64,000 nt of DNA from an uncultured Victivallales bacterium. Lineage in GTDB: Bacteria > Verrucomicrobiota > Kiritimatiellia > UBA8416. The notes below the pieces were generated by a model. It saw only the letters and a list, made by a program, of their open reading frames with translations, had not been told where the DNA came from and ran no database searches. Location of the stretch: assembly GCA_964576795.1 (NCBI GenBank), contig CAZNWT010000002.1, positions 65,033-129,032 on the forward strand. The letters run 5' to 3'. This document shows, one piece after another, positions 49,842 to 60,177 of the stretch. Every line of letters begins with the position of its first letter. Within the stretch, counting starts at the first letter, position 1. The position numbers and the translations under genes are program-made.

Positions 49842-50843
49842 ATGTTTGAAAAAGAACGTGATATTGCGGTTGAGGCGGTTGGGCGTGCAGCCAAACTCTG
49901 TCAGAGCGTACGCGAGTCTCTCATGTCTGCGGAAACGATTTCCAAGATAGACCGTTCGCCTGTAACGGTGGCAGATTTTGGCGCACAGGCTGTTATTATT
50001 AGCGCGATCCACGCGGCCTTTCCTGGGGATCCTATTGTGGCAGAGGAAGATACGTCAGCGCTGTGCGGGGATGATGCGCGTCCACTCCGAGAAAAGGTTT
50101 TAGAATATGTACGGGGTGTGGATTCAGGTATGACAGAAAGTGAGATGCTGGATGCCATCGACGGCGGGCAGCATCGCGGTGGGGGTGCGGGGCGATTCTG
50201 GACGCTTGATCCCATCGACGGAACCAAGGGATATATTCGGGGCGATCAATATGCCATAGCCCTTGCGCTGATCGAGGATGGGGACGTGGTGTTCGGTATT
50301 TTGGGATGCCCCAATCTGCCTGTTGACGGACTATGTTCTGATGGCTCCCGGGGCGTCATTCTGACAGCAACCCGGGGAGAGGGGGCTGTTCTTCAGAATA
50401 TTGCCACGGGTGTGCGTCGTCAGATTCTCGTTACGGCGGAGGATGATCCGGCTATGGCCGTGTTCTGTGAGTCTTTTGAATCCGGGCACACTGCCCATGG
50501 TGCCTCTGCGGAGGTTGTTAAATCGCTGTGTGTTGCCGTAGCGCCTGCTCGGTTGGACAGCCAATGCAAATATGCTGTTGTGGCGCGGGGCGATGCCGGG
50601 GTCTACATGCGGCTTCCAACGCGCGGCGACTATGAGGAAAAGATTTGGGATCACGCCGCGGGTGTCATCATTGTGGAAGAGGCTGGTGGCGTTGTCACCG
50701 ATGCGCGTGGTGAACCGCTTGATTTTACGCAGGGCCGGACGCTACGCAAGAACAAGGGTGTCGTGGCTACGAATGGGCACTTGCATGCCGATGTCATTGC
50801 CGCCATTGCTACTGCTATGCCCGGGCTTCGCGCGGATGCGTGA
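49842..50843 (+). CDS. Inositol-monophosphatase-family 3'(2'),5'-bisphosphate nucleotidase (CysQ/HAL2-like)
   Basis: 'WTLDPIDGTKGY', 'WDHAAG'. RBS GGGAG upstream of MFEKERD. Confidence 0.7.
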   Translation: MFEKERDIAVEAVGRAAKLCQSVRESLMSAETISKIDRSPVTVADFGAQAVIISAIHAAFPGDPIVAEEDTSALCGDDARPLREKVLEYVRGVDSGMTESEMLDAIDGGQHRGGGAGRFWTLDPIDGTKGYIRGDQYAIALALIEDGDVVFGILGCPNLPVDGLCSDGSRGVILTATRGEGAVLQNIATGVRRQILVTAEDDPAMAVFCESFESGHTAHGASAEVVKSLCVAVAPARLDSQCKYAVVARGDAGVYMRLPTRGDYEEKIWDHAAGVIIVEEAGGVVTDARGEPLDFTQGRTLRKNKGVVATNGHLHADVIAAIATAMPGLRADA

Positions 50844-50968
50844 TGGGGTGGGGTGGGTATGGTCACAATGATTATGGCTGTGAAAGAGAGGCGCGGGTGG
50901 CCGTGAGGACACTTCGTCCTGCACTTACCCCTCCCCTTATTACTAGGTTACACTCTTGTTCGGCGATA

Positions 50969-52375
50969 TTAGCTACGCGCTGGATCTGCCGCATCCCACG
51001 GAAACACCCAATCGCGCTGTTTCGGAGAACGGGTCTCCATATAGTGGGCGACCTCGTATCTCTCCATGCAGGCAGCCCCGTCGAGGAACTCGTCTCCCAT
51101 GGCGTCAAGTCGTGCCTGGAGCTGTTTTTCCAGGCTCTCTTGCAGGGACTGCGCTTCGGGACGGCCGTTGAGGTTCCTCATCTGGTAGGGATCAACCTCG
51201 TTGTCGAATAGGAGCCAGGGCCCGGCGGAATCGCGGACGTAGGTGTACCGTGCGGTGCGCAGGCCGCGATAGGCCTTCATCTTGTTCCTGACGATTTCAG
51301 CGAACTCAATGGGAATGTTCAGCAGTCCCGCTTCCGCGCCCGTCGACTCCTTCTCGCCGCGAATAAATGGGGACCAGTCGGAGCCTCCGACAGAGCTTGG
51401 AATTGGCAGACCGACCAGTCCCAGCAAGGTTGGCATGATGTCAGGTGCGTCTATTGGCACGTCGAGCGTGAAGGCTTCCCCCTTCTGAAGTCTTGGGTAG
51501 TGCAATAGGAATGGAACACGTATGGATTCGTCAAACGGGAAGAGCTTCGTGTCTAGCCCCTGGCTCTGCATCATGTCACCGTGGTCAGAGGTGAAGATGA
51601 AAATTGTGTCTTCCTCGGTCCCCGAGTCACGTATGGCATCCCTCACAATCTTGATGGCGTCGTCGAGCGCTGCGATGTGAGAGTAGTAACCCCTGAGTTG
51701 TGTTGTGGCTTGTTCTCTGTATTCAGCGGGCACGTTCGGGCGCAGCGTTATCTCGCGATCCGTGTATCGCTGCCGGTATTCCTCGGGCGCCGAGTGCAAC
51801 GGAAAGTGCGGCGGCCCCCAGGAGAGCATCAGCATGAACGGGCTGTCGTCGTTCGCATGATCGCTTATGTACTGGGCCGCATCACAGCTCTGATGGAACG
51901 CATCATAGCCTTCCCACATATGCTCTGTTGCATCGTCGTTGAAGAAGTAGGGCGATTCGTTGTAATTGTGGCAGCACTCGAAGCCTTTCCAGTAGTCGAA
52001 ACCGAGCTGGTAGTCGCGCGGGACGTAAGCGCGGCGGCGACCGTATTTGCCGTCAGGGCTTCCGTAGAGATGCCATTTGCCGATGTAGGCGGTGTTGTAC
52101 CCTCCGTCACTGAATGCCCGTGCGATGGAGTATACATTAGGATCGAGTTCCACGTCGTTGATGACGACACCGTGGCTCAGGGGGTATTGGCCAGTGAGCA
52201 GGCTGGCCCGGTAAGGACAGCAGACAGAGCATCCGGAAATGGCGGTGGTAAAGTTGATACTCTCGGCGGCGAGTTTGTCGAGGACCGGTGTATCACAGTT
52301 GGGGTCGCCTGTGTAGCCAGTGGCCTGCGCACGCCATTCATCTGCAAAGACAAAAACGATGTTTGGTCGCTTCAT
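50969..52375 (-). CDS. Formylglycine-dependent sulfatase
   Basis: 'CSVCCPYRASLLTGQYP' (C-x-P-x-R), 'GKWHLYGSP'. Confidence 0.85.
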   Translation of the reverse strand: MKRPNIVFVFADEWRAQATGYTGDPNCDTPVLDKLAAESINFTTAISGCSVCCPYRASLLTGQYPLSHGVVINDVELDPNVYSIARAFSDGGYNTAYIGKWHLYGSPDGKYGRRRAYVPRDYQLGFDYWKGFECCHNYNESPYFFNDDATEHMWEGYDAFHQSCDAAQYISDHANDDSPFMLMLSWGPPHFPLHSAPEEYRQRYTDREITLRPNVPAEYREQATTQLRGYYSHIAALDDAIKIVRDAIRDSGTEEDTIFIFTSDHGDMMQSQGLDTKLFPFDESIRVPFLLHYPRLQKGEAFTLDVPIDAPDIMPTLLGLVGLPIPSSVGGSDWSPFIRGEKESTGAEAGLLNIPIEFAEIVRNKMKAYRGLRTARYTYVRDSAGPWLLFDNEVDPYQMRNLNGRPEAQSLQESLEKQLQARLDAMGDEFLDGAACMERYEVAHYMETRSPKQRDWVFPWDAADPARS

Positions 52376-52469
52376 ATTACTCCTTGGCAATGTTCCATGC
52401 CACATAACCATGTCGAACGTTGTTAATTAGACTTTTCTTGGCGCGAAGGCGTTAAGAAATAGTTCTGCA

Positions 52470-54839
52470 TTATTCGTATTCTATCATCCACTTCCCATTC
52501 GTGTTGGTGGCGGAGGAGAGTGTCAAGCAGCTTAGCCCGGCAACGGAATGAGGCCTAAGTTGATATTTACAGCCTTCTGCATTTGCCTTAAGGATCTTGG
52601 GCCCGTTGTTGGCGATAACGATCTTGAACGGTTCTCCACCAATTAGATGAGCCGTACCACTCAACGTTCCCTTTCCGGCATCACAATGGATGTTCGACAT
52701 ATCAACCCAGCCTTGGAGGAGGTGGCGGTCGGTGCTAATCACCTGGGGGTGAGGCTGTGCCTTGCGTAATGAAATCATAGAACAACAGTTGGGTTCCAGT
52801 TCTTGTTCAATGCTGTCAGTGCCGCGGTACCGCCCAAGGTAGGTGTCCGACCAAAATTCATAGGCGTGGTACTCGTCTGCCGGATCCAGCCCAACAGCGT
52901 TGGCAACCCGATCTCCGCTGATTGCAGTGGCAACCAGTGCCTTCGTTTTTCCTGTGTTGTAGAGGGCAATCTGATGCCAATTGGGCGTAAGCTCCAGATC
53001 ATAGACCTGTGGATTGAGCACGCCGATGAAGGCATCGAGTGGACGCGCCGTCTTCAATTCCCGATAGTGAGGGTAGCTGCGGGATACGATCCGGGTAATT
53101 TCAGGGGTAAAGAAGGAGAAGGATGTGGATAGATCAAGGCGACCACTGGTCAGGAAGTTCATCGTGATCATCGACTGCAGTACGCCCTCGCTCAGACCGT
53201 GCACGGCCTTGGTGTCGGAGTAATAGTTGAACACCGTCCGGTTCTTATACCAGCGCAGGCCGCTTCGCGAGATCATTTCCGGCACGAACTTGTTGGAGTC
53301 GGTCCATGTTCGCTGTGTGTCAACCAGCCCCGCGGTCATATCCAAGCAGGGGCGCCCGGACTCTCCGATGTTTCGTTCATCAATAAGACCGTCTTTTCCC
53401 ATTGCTTCGCGTAGCAGCCGAAAGGCGCGACGGTAGGCGGCATTGCAGGTAGCGTAGCGGTCGTCAAAGCCTCCTTCCGGACGCCAAGCAGTGGCGGGAT
53501 AATCGACCTTGACCCCACGGACCCCGTCTTGACGGAGCTTCGTCCAGGCCTTGATGAAGTGCTGTGAGAATTCCTTGTCCGTGTAGTCGTAGGTTACATA
53601 CGGCTGATGATGTGGATGTTTTTGCCCTTTTTTCATGTTTGGTTTAATCTTGTCAACTTCGGAGCCGTCGTTGAAGAGCATGTATTGTGGGTATTTCCGA
53701 ACAAAGTCGTCGGAAGGCATACCCAACTGCATGTAGATATAGGGGATCCCGTTGCTGTTGACCATGGCCTCGCTCCATTTGGCAATGGATTCGTATGGTG
53801 GACGCAGGTGCCCGAATTTACGCATGTGGGCGTCGTCCCACCATCCCTGCTCGGTGTCGAAATGATACTTGTCCGGTTCAAGGCGGAGCGCAACCTTTGT
53901 GTGCCGGGTCAGTCCGCACTGGTTGGCGTGCTCGAGTTGTTCCACCAGTTTGGGTGAGGTGTTAACATTGGGAAGTTTACTCACGCTACCGACACTCCAC
54001 CCGCAGAGCACGGGAAAGTCGTAAACGTTAGGGCTCGCTTTGTTTGCCTGCTGCATGGCCAATCCATAACGCTCCAACGCATCGAAGGGTTCGTGGGTGT
54101 AGACGTCCAGATAAAAAGTGTCTGCTGACAAATAAGTTTGGTCTTCATCCACCAGTCTACCCACAGGATCCTCAGCAAAAAATGAGAGCGAGCCGTCCCG
54201 AAGGGCGGCGATCTTAGCAAACTCGCTTTGGACCAGGCCACCCCAGACAACGGTGCAGCGATGCTTATCGATTAAAGCTGTTAGCATCAAACTATTGGCA
54301 GAGATACGCGAAAGCCCCGGTTTCACAAGGGTTGGCTCCCCTCCTGCTGCGCCGTTGAGCGTAAGAGGGTCTGTCATCTCACGCCCACCAAAGAGTTCCC
54401 CCCTTGCCAGTGGCTGACTCTTCATTAACCGCATCTTGAGATAATCAGGGGTTTTTAATCCGAAACCGAATACCAAGGCGGGATTGTTTTCATAAAGGGT
54501 ATAGGTAAACAGGTGTTGTGCGGGAGACGCGCCGCTAGCCTGAAACGAACCATAGCGAAGTAGATTCCAGTCATACACTTCAAGAACTAGACGTTTACCG
54601 GTGCCCAGATTGTTCTGCACATCTTCTGCTTTTAGCAGCTTGATGTCTTGCGCCATCTCCCCTGAAGGCAACCCAAACTGTGCATTTGAGAGCAAAATTT
54701 CCTTCGTGCGTGTGTCATGGATAGAGAAGATGCCCCTTTTATAATCAAATAGAACTGAAATTATCCCGTTATCTAGCGAACCATTCACGTATGTCACGGG
54801 TTTTGTCATTTCACTGGTTGGAAGGTATGTGCTTGTCAT
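52470..54839 (-). CDS. Large glycoside-hydrolase-like protein (family uncertain)
   Basis: 789 aa. Sits in a glycan-degradation cluster. No confident catalytic motif. Confidence 0.3.
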   Translation of the reverse strand: MTSTYLPTSEMTKPVTYVNGSLDNGIISVLFDYKRGIFSIHDTRTKEILLSNAQFGLPSGEMAQDIKLLKAEDVQNNLGTGKRLVLEVYDWNLLRYGSFQASGASPAQHLFTYTLYENNPALVFGFGLKTPDYLKMRLMKSQPLARGELFGGREMTDPLTLNGAAGGEPTLVKPGLSRISANSLMLTALIDKHRCTVVWGGLVQSEFAKIAALRDGSLSFFAEDPVGRLVDEDQTYLSADTFYLDVYTHEPFDALERYGLAMQQANKASPNVYDFPVLCGWSVGSVSKLPNVNTSPKLVEQLEHANQCGLTRHTKVALRLEPDKYHFDTEQGWWDDAHMRKFGHLRPPYESIAKWSEAMVNSNGIPYIYMQLGMPSDDFVRKYPQYMLFNDGSEVDKIKPNMKKGQKHPHHQPYVTYDYTDKEFSQHFIKAWTKLRQDGVRGVKVDYPATAWRPEGGFDDRYATCNAAYRRAFRLLREAMGKDGLIDERNIGESGRPCLDMTAGLVDTQRTWTDSNKFVPEMISRSGLRWYKNRTVFNYYSDTKAVHGLSEGVLQSMITMNFLTSGRLDLSTSFSFFTPEITRIVSRSYPHYRELKTARPLDAFIGVLNPQVYDLELTPNWHQIALYNTGKTKALVATAISGDRVANAVGLDPADEYHAYEFWSDTYLGRYRGTDSIEQELEPNCCSMISLRKAQPHPQVISTDRHLLQGWVDMSNIHCDAGKGTLSGTAHLIGGEPFKIVIANNGPKILKANAEGCKYQLRPHSVAGLSCLTLSSATNTNGKWMIEYE

Positions 54840-55130
54840 GGGGGGGGGCTTTCACTGACTGGAAGGTATGTGCTTTCGAGGAAAACATAACAATGAATAT
54901 GCTTACTATCAACGGTCTTGCGCTTTCTATTTGTTGTATTTCATATTCTATCATTTTCTTTTTCGCAAAACCCTCGAAAAGGTTCACATAGACCGGCTTG
55001 TGTTAGTTGATACATGGGCCCGCAGTCAGAAATCCGATTCGATGTTGTGAATCCAGCAGTTGATCGCATTACTAATGCCAAAGATGTAGGCTTCAGCGCT
55101 ATCAAGGCAGATTTCAGGGTGAAAGTGCCT

Positions 55131-55694
55131 TCAGTCGCCTCGGTTTTGAATTCTTGCAGCGATGCGTCTGGCGCACAGATCGCATCCTGCTTCAGTAAGG
55201 TGGACCATATCTTCCGATATGTATCGCTTCACATCCTTGGCAATGGGTGAATGCAAGTCGTTAATCTCGATGCCGAGGACACTAACCAGATCGACTGCTG
55301 CTTGGTTGTACTCGCTGATGTCGTCGTTGCGTCGTGGGTGAATAGATGAACTTTTGAATTGCTCAGGCCAGACGGGTGTGGTGGTTGCGAAAACCAGCCG
55401 CTTTGTCTTCTTCAGGAGGATGGTGGCAATGCGTTCCTGAATTTCCAGATAGTTTGCCAAAGGGGTATGGATCCTGCCGTCAGGCATATGACAAGTGTCC
55501 CACTGCCCATTGTTCCATTGAATGACGTCGAAGTCATCATCGGGCACCCATGCCGAAAGATTGAAGAGTGTATAGGCGGAGAAGCGGCAATTGTCATCTG
55601 GCCCTGTCAATGTGGCCTCGTCCGCAAGCAAGGCGGCGACCTTGGCTTGATAGCCCAATCGGATTGAATCTCCTATCAACATGATCTTTGTCAT
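55131..55694 (-). CDS. SGNH/GDSL hydrolase
   Basis: 'IMLIGDSIRLGY' is the GDSx motif. Confidence 0.6.
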   Translation of the reverse strand: MTKIMLIGDSIRLGYQAKVAALLADEATLTGPDDNCRFSAYTLFNLSAWVPDDDFDVIQWNNGQWDTCHMPDGRIHTPLANYLEIQERIATILLKKTKRLVFATTTPVWPEQFKSSSIHPRRNDDISEYNQAAVDLVSVLGIEINDLHSPIAKDVKRYISEDMVHLTEAGCDLCARRIAARIQNRGD

Positions 55695-55780
55695 TCCATT
55701 ATCTCCATATTGCTTGCACAACGTCTGCGCTAAGGCGCGGGTTTTGGACCGTCGCCTTCAGTGCTTGGTTCGAAAATTCT

Positions 55781-56884
55781 CTATACGATTTCTAATCCAT
55801 CACGATCAGGTAGCTGCGGAAAGGGGGCAGAGGGCAAGGTCTGATACCAGTAGGCGACAGAGCAAATGTCATGCTGTCCAGGATAGTATCGTCCCTCACT
55901 GCGCCAGCCCAAGGCTTGAATCGTAACGCTCAGTTCCTTCTGAAAGCGAATCGGATCCATGATATGCCAGCGATACATGGATTGTCGATGTTGTGCATTG
56001 TAGAGACCGTCCGGTCTTATGACCTGGTGCATTCCAAGGAAAGGAGTGCTGTAGATCTGGTACTCGCCGGCGACGTCCCAGTTGTATGATCCGCCGAAAT
56101 AGTCTTCAGTTCCTGTACCACAAATGGTCGGGAATTCAGTATCTCCATCGAGGTAGAACTTGATTTCGCCCTCGCCCCACCAGCCATTGTTGTTGATACC
56201 CCAGCCCATTGATGTCCCGACGTAATGACCCGTGCCGGTGACGTTGTTCACGATGGTGTACGCCTGCTTGTATGGTAAAGGATTCGTGCGGCGGTACTGT
56301 GCATGGAAATACGCGCAGTCCTCTGTTACGTCTGTGAAGACGTAGTTGATCTGATAATAGCAGACCTGTGCACTATTCGGATGGATGTTCTGTAGCGTGA
56401 TTCTGCAATGCTTGCGAAACGGCATTTCCCAAAAGCAATTAAGCCCACTCTTCGGTGCGACTACCACGGGTTGAGAGTTCACGGCCACAGATTTCTCTTT
56501 GCCATCATCCATATATGTTGCGCCCCAAGGCAACGCAAAGAAATCTGGCAGTGGTACTTCGACAGACGGATGCTCCTGGTTGTCCCAATAGATCCTAAGA
56601 ATAAAATCTCGGCCGGTGTAGCCGGTCAGCCACATGCTCTGAATCGCGCCACTGCCTTCTATCTCTGCAAGAACAGCGGTTTCGCCAGGTTCAATATTGA
56701 TTGAGGGACTGACTTTCCACCCTTTGCCCATATCTCTGGCGCATGCCGCACCTGTACCCTCGCTGGCCATGGCGCCTTTGCCCTTTTCGCCTGTAACATT
56801 CTCAGCGCTGATCGACCTCGTCTGCGCATCTGAAAGTCGCGACAAGTTCCCCAGATTAAGGCCGAGACCGTTGAATCCGCTCAT
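55781..56884 (-). CDS. DUF2961/GH172-like protein
   Basis: N-terminus 'SRLSDAQTRSISAENVTGEKGKGAMA' is typical of DUF2961 (from memory). Confidence 0.45.
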   Translation of the reverse strand: MSGFNGLGLNLGNLSRLSDAQTRSISAENVTGEKGKGAMASEGTGAACARDMGKGWKVSPSINIEPGETAVLAEIEGSGAIQSMWLTGYTGRDFILRIYWDNQEHPSVEVPLPDFFALPWGATYMDDGKEKSVAVNSQPVVVAPKSGLNCFWEMPFRKHCRITLQNIHPNSAQVCYYQINYVFTDVTEDCAYFHAQYRRTNPLPYKQAYTIVNNVTGTGHYVGTSMGWGINNNGWWGEGEIKFYLDGDTEFPTICGTGTEDYFGGSYNWDVAGEYQIYSTPFLGMHQVIRPDGLYNAQHRQSMYRWHIMDPIRFQKELSVTIQALGWRSEGRYYPGQHDICSVAYWYQTLPSAPFPQLPDRDGLEIV

Positions 56885-56942
56885 TGTTCATTTCTCCTTC
56901 ATATATGTGCCGATGTGTGAACCTCTAGCGCTTTGATTCTCA

Positions 56943-57200
56943 TTATTTGTACACGTCTCGTCGGTTACCGACTTTGACGACACAGATGATAAGTTTGTCA
57001 TCCTCAATGGTGTAGAGAATGCGATAACTTCCCTGTCGCAGGCGATATCGTTCTTGGCCGGAGAGCTTCTTTGACTGTGGTGGCCAGGGAACTCTTGCAA
57101 GAGCCTTGATGGCCGTGAGAATTCGCTTTACGTCCTTCTTCGGGATCTTCTTAAGATCTTTCGAGACCGATTGCTTTACGATAAGCTTATATGATGCCAT
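56943..57200 (-). CDS. RelE/ParE-family type II toxin
   Basis: 'YRLRQGSYRILYTIEDDKLIICVVKVGNRRDVY'. Confidence 0.7.
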   Translation of the reverse strand: MASYKLIVKQSVSKDLKKIPKKDVKRILTAIKALARVPWPPQSKKLSGQERYRLRQGSYRILYTIEDDKLIICVVKVGNRRDVYK

Positions 57201-57420
57201 CGAGCTTTAGTCCCTTCACAAAGGCATCGAACTCGACCGTCGGCTCGTTCTTCCGCTCCTCAAACGCCGCGAGGTCGCTGGCATCTTCCGCCAGTTCGTC
57301 TCGCACGGCATCATTGACGAGCGCCGAAACGGAGCGCGACGTCTCCACTGACTGAAGGCGTAGCGCCTTGTGTAGTACCGGGTCAAGATAGACTGTTGCT
57401 CGTTTGGTCAGCGTGCTCAT
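57187..57420 (-). CDS. RHH/ParD-like antitoxin
   Basis: Small protein overlapping the toxin start. 'ATVYLDPVLHKALRLQSVETSRSVSALVNDAVRDEL'. Confidence 0.5.
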   Translation of the reverse strand: MSTLTKRATVYLDPVLHKALRLQSVETSRSVSALVNDAVRDELAEDASDLAAFEERKNEPTVEFDAFVKGLKLDGII

Positions 57421-57498
57421 GTTCCACCTCCATTGTTCAAACCATGATAACGTCACAGCGCTACAACGTCAAGACGTCATATCCGCCTTCACAGAACG

Positions 57499-58409
57499 CT
57501 ATGCATCAGACGCTTCGGAAGCCGCGCTTTGCGCAGATTCCGAAGTCGCTTCTGCATGCATTTGTTCGGCAAGGGCATTTTGGACCTTTCGTGCATCGAG
57601 CATTCGTGGTTGCACTCCTTCCATCTGAGCCAAGACGGCAGCCGCCCCTGCGGCCGCGCCTGTCGCCATGGCTATTGCCATGACGCGATACGATGCGTGG
57701 CATAGGCGCGGACCACGCCAATCGTCTCCGGCAACACCCCGGCGTCTTGTGCCTCAAGAGCAATTGTTTGCCACGTCTTGCCGCCTACGAGAAGGGTCAT
57801 GGCCTGCTCTTCGGAGCCGCAGTGGAGGGCGCGACTTTCGTCCACGCCGGAGACACGAAACATGATGGTAGCCGGCTGCATCAGGCCGTCACCGGGACGT
57901 CCCTGCTCGAATTCCGCGCCGGCCATGAAACCGACGTCACCGTCTCCGGTGGCGTCAACAAAGACCTTGCCAAGGAATTCAACTGGTCCTTTCTTGGTCG
58001 CGCAGGATACGCCGATTACCTGTTGACCATTCATGCGCGTAGCGGTCACGATGCTGTGCAGGAGAATCTCTGCACCTGATTCGATCACCTGCTGCGCCGC
58101 CAGTATGTCAAAGCGTTCGAAGTCGACATGTCTTCCTCCCAACTTGGCGAGTAGGGACGAAACGAATGTAGACTCCACCGACCCCATGATGGGTTGCACG
58201 AGTCCAGACGTCGCCATGCCTCCAAGGCGACCGTACCGTTCGAGGAGAAGCACGCGAGCGCCGAGGTGGCCTGCAACAATGGATGCGGCAATGCCGGCCG
58301 GTCCTCCTCCGCACACTATCACGTCATATGTATTCTTCTGTGCCATGAATCTGATTTCTTGCTGCCGAACATATGTATTAGACAAAAAAGGGGAGTCACA
58401 TCTCGACAC
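57499..58409 (-). pseudogene. FAD-dependent oxidoreductase (PF12831-like) with frameshift near 57672-57690
   Basis: N-terminus 'YDVIVCGGGPAGIAASIVAGHLGARVLLLER'. The C-terminal 'AIAMATGAAAGAAAVLAQ…' continues in another frame (ORF 57499..57681). Confidence 0.55.
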
Positions 58410-58606
58410 TCAACAATATTTTGCCATGCACAAAATACGATCACAAGCTCTGCTTTACGTCAATCATTGGTTGTCGATTGTCGAGACGTGATAGACATGT
58501 AAAGGCTATTACTTATTTGAGGCTCTAAAGTGGTGAGCTACTATTGAAGGCTAACAACGAAAGGGACGGAAGAATTCTTGTCAGGTGGATCTTCTTGGGT
58601 ATTGTC

Positions 58607-60094
58607 TTACCCCAGTTTAAACGTCATTGCAGCAAAGCACAACGCCGGTAGATGGCAGTGTGCTTCACCGTTACGAACATCGATAGAGTCAAAGCTTTCT
58701 GCTCTGACAACTGTGCGATTTTCGAGGGTATTCGCCGCCTTGGCGTCTGGTCCGTAAAGCACCTCCGCGTTTTGACAGGAGACAATCGAAGCGTCGGCGA
58801 GGCTCACGCATACATCAGCCAATTCATCAATGCTACGATTGGTGAGAAACACATGGAGCTTGCTCTCGTCCAGTATGGCACTCGCATCGACGTAGTGAAC
58901 GCAGCCATTTGTGCTGCCTTCGTAACTTGGGCCATCCACCGAAAGTTGAAGGGCAACGCCCTTGCGTCGTTTTGAGAACATTTCGAACGGATAAAAAATG
59001 CTTTGTATCAGCATGTTGTCTTTATTGGTAAGAATCGGAGCAATTACATTAACAATCTGGGCAAGATTGGCTATTTTGACCACATCCGCATGGCGAACAA
59101 AGCTGTGCAGGAATCCGGCAACAACTAGCGCATCTTCGAGGTTGTAGACTTCTTCGATAAGATGAGGAGCTACCTTGCCGTGACCGTCTGATTCGTGGTT
59201 CTTGTACCATATGTTCCATTCGTCAAAGCAAAGGTATGCGCGCTTCTTACTTCGGCGTTGGGCCTGGACGAATCGGCACGCTGCATCCATTTCTTCGATC
59301 TGTCGGTCTATTGATGCTGTAACGGCAAGATAGTCCGATGTGTCGTCGTTAGGATTGCCGACATACCTATGCAGGCTGATATAGTCAGCGAGATCACCAA
59401 GATGTTCCAGCACTTGTCTGTCCCAGTCCATGTAGCTTTCCATTCCGATGCCGCATGATCCACAAGCGACTAACTCAAGGGTGGAGTCGGTATCATTCAT
59501 CATCTTTGCGGCCTGCTGCGCGCGAATTGCGTACTGGTCGGCGGGAACATGCCCGAGCTGCCAAGGGCCGTCCATCTCATTTCCAAGGCACCAGAGTTTC
59601 ACCCCATGCGGTTTTGCGTTGCCGTTGAACACGCGCATGTTTGCGTACCGTGTGCCGGCGGCGCTATTGCAGTACTCCACCCAGTTGCGGGCTTCTTCTG
59701 GGGTTCCGGTGCCAAGGTTAACGGTCAGCATGGGCGTCCAGCCCATCTTTCGGCACAAATGGATGTATTCGTCCGTTCCGAACTGATTTGTCTCAATGCT
59801 TTGCCACGCCAGTTCCCGCACAGTTGGACGTTGGTTACGAGGACCGATACCGTCCTTCCAGTGGTAACCTGATGCGAAGTTGCCGCCTGGATAGCGCATC
59901 GCCGTCATGTCAAGCAGTTGCAGAGCGCCGAGGACATCCGCCCTGTATCCATCGGCATCAGCGTGCGAACTGTCGGGATCATAGACCCCCTCGTAAACGG
60001 CACGACCCATGTGCTCAAGAAAGCCCCCAAAGATGCGCGGATCAACCGGAGCAATTCTGAATCTTGTATGGAGTGTGATTTGCGTCTTTTTCAT
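58607..60094 (-). CDS. GH51 alpha-L-arabinofuranosidase
   Basis: 'VDPRIFGGFLEHMGRAVYEGVYDP', 'CLGNEMDGPWQ'. Confidence 0.75.
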   Translation of the reverse strand: MKKTQITLHTRFRIAPVDPRIFGGFLEHMGRAVYEGVYDPDSSHADADGYRADVLGALQLLDMTAMRYPGGNFASGYHWKDGIGPRNQRPTVRELAWQSIETNQFGTDEYIHLCRKMGWTPMLTVNLGTGTPEEARNWVEYCNSAAGTRYANMRVFNGNAKPHGVKLWCLGNEMDGPWQLGHVPADQYAIRAQQAAKMMNDTDSTLELVACGSCGIGMESYMDWDRQVLEHLGDLADYISLHRYVGNPNDDTSDYLAVTASIDRQIEEMDAACRFVQAQRRSKKRAYLCFDEWNIWYKNHESDGHGKVAPHLIEEVYNLEDALVVAGFLHSFVRHADVVKIANLAQIVNVIAPILTNKDNMLIQSIFYPFEMFSKRRKGVALQLSVDGPSYEGSTNGCVHYVDASAILDESKLHVFLTNRSIDELADVCVSLADASIVSCQNAEVLYGPDAKAANTLENRTVVRAESFDSIDVRNGEAHCHLPALCFAAMTFKLG

Positions 60095-60177
60095 ATGCTG
60101 TCCCTTGCCCAGACCCTATGACGTTTATCTTGAGCTTTCGACGGTCTGTTGCCGATAAGCTTGAGAATTCTGTTAAC

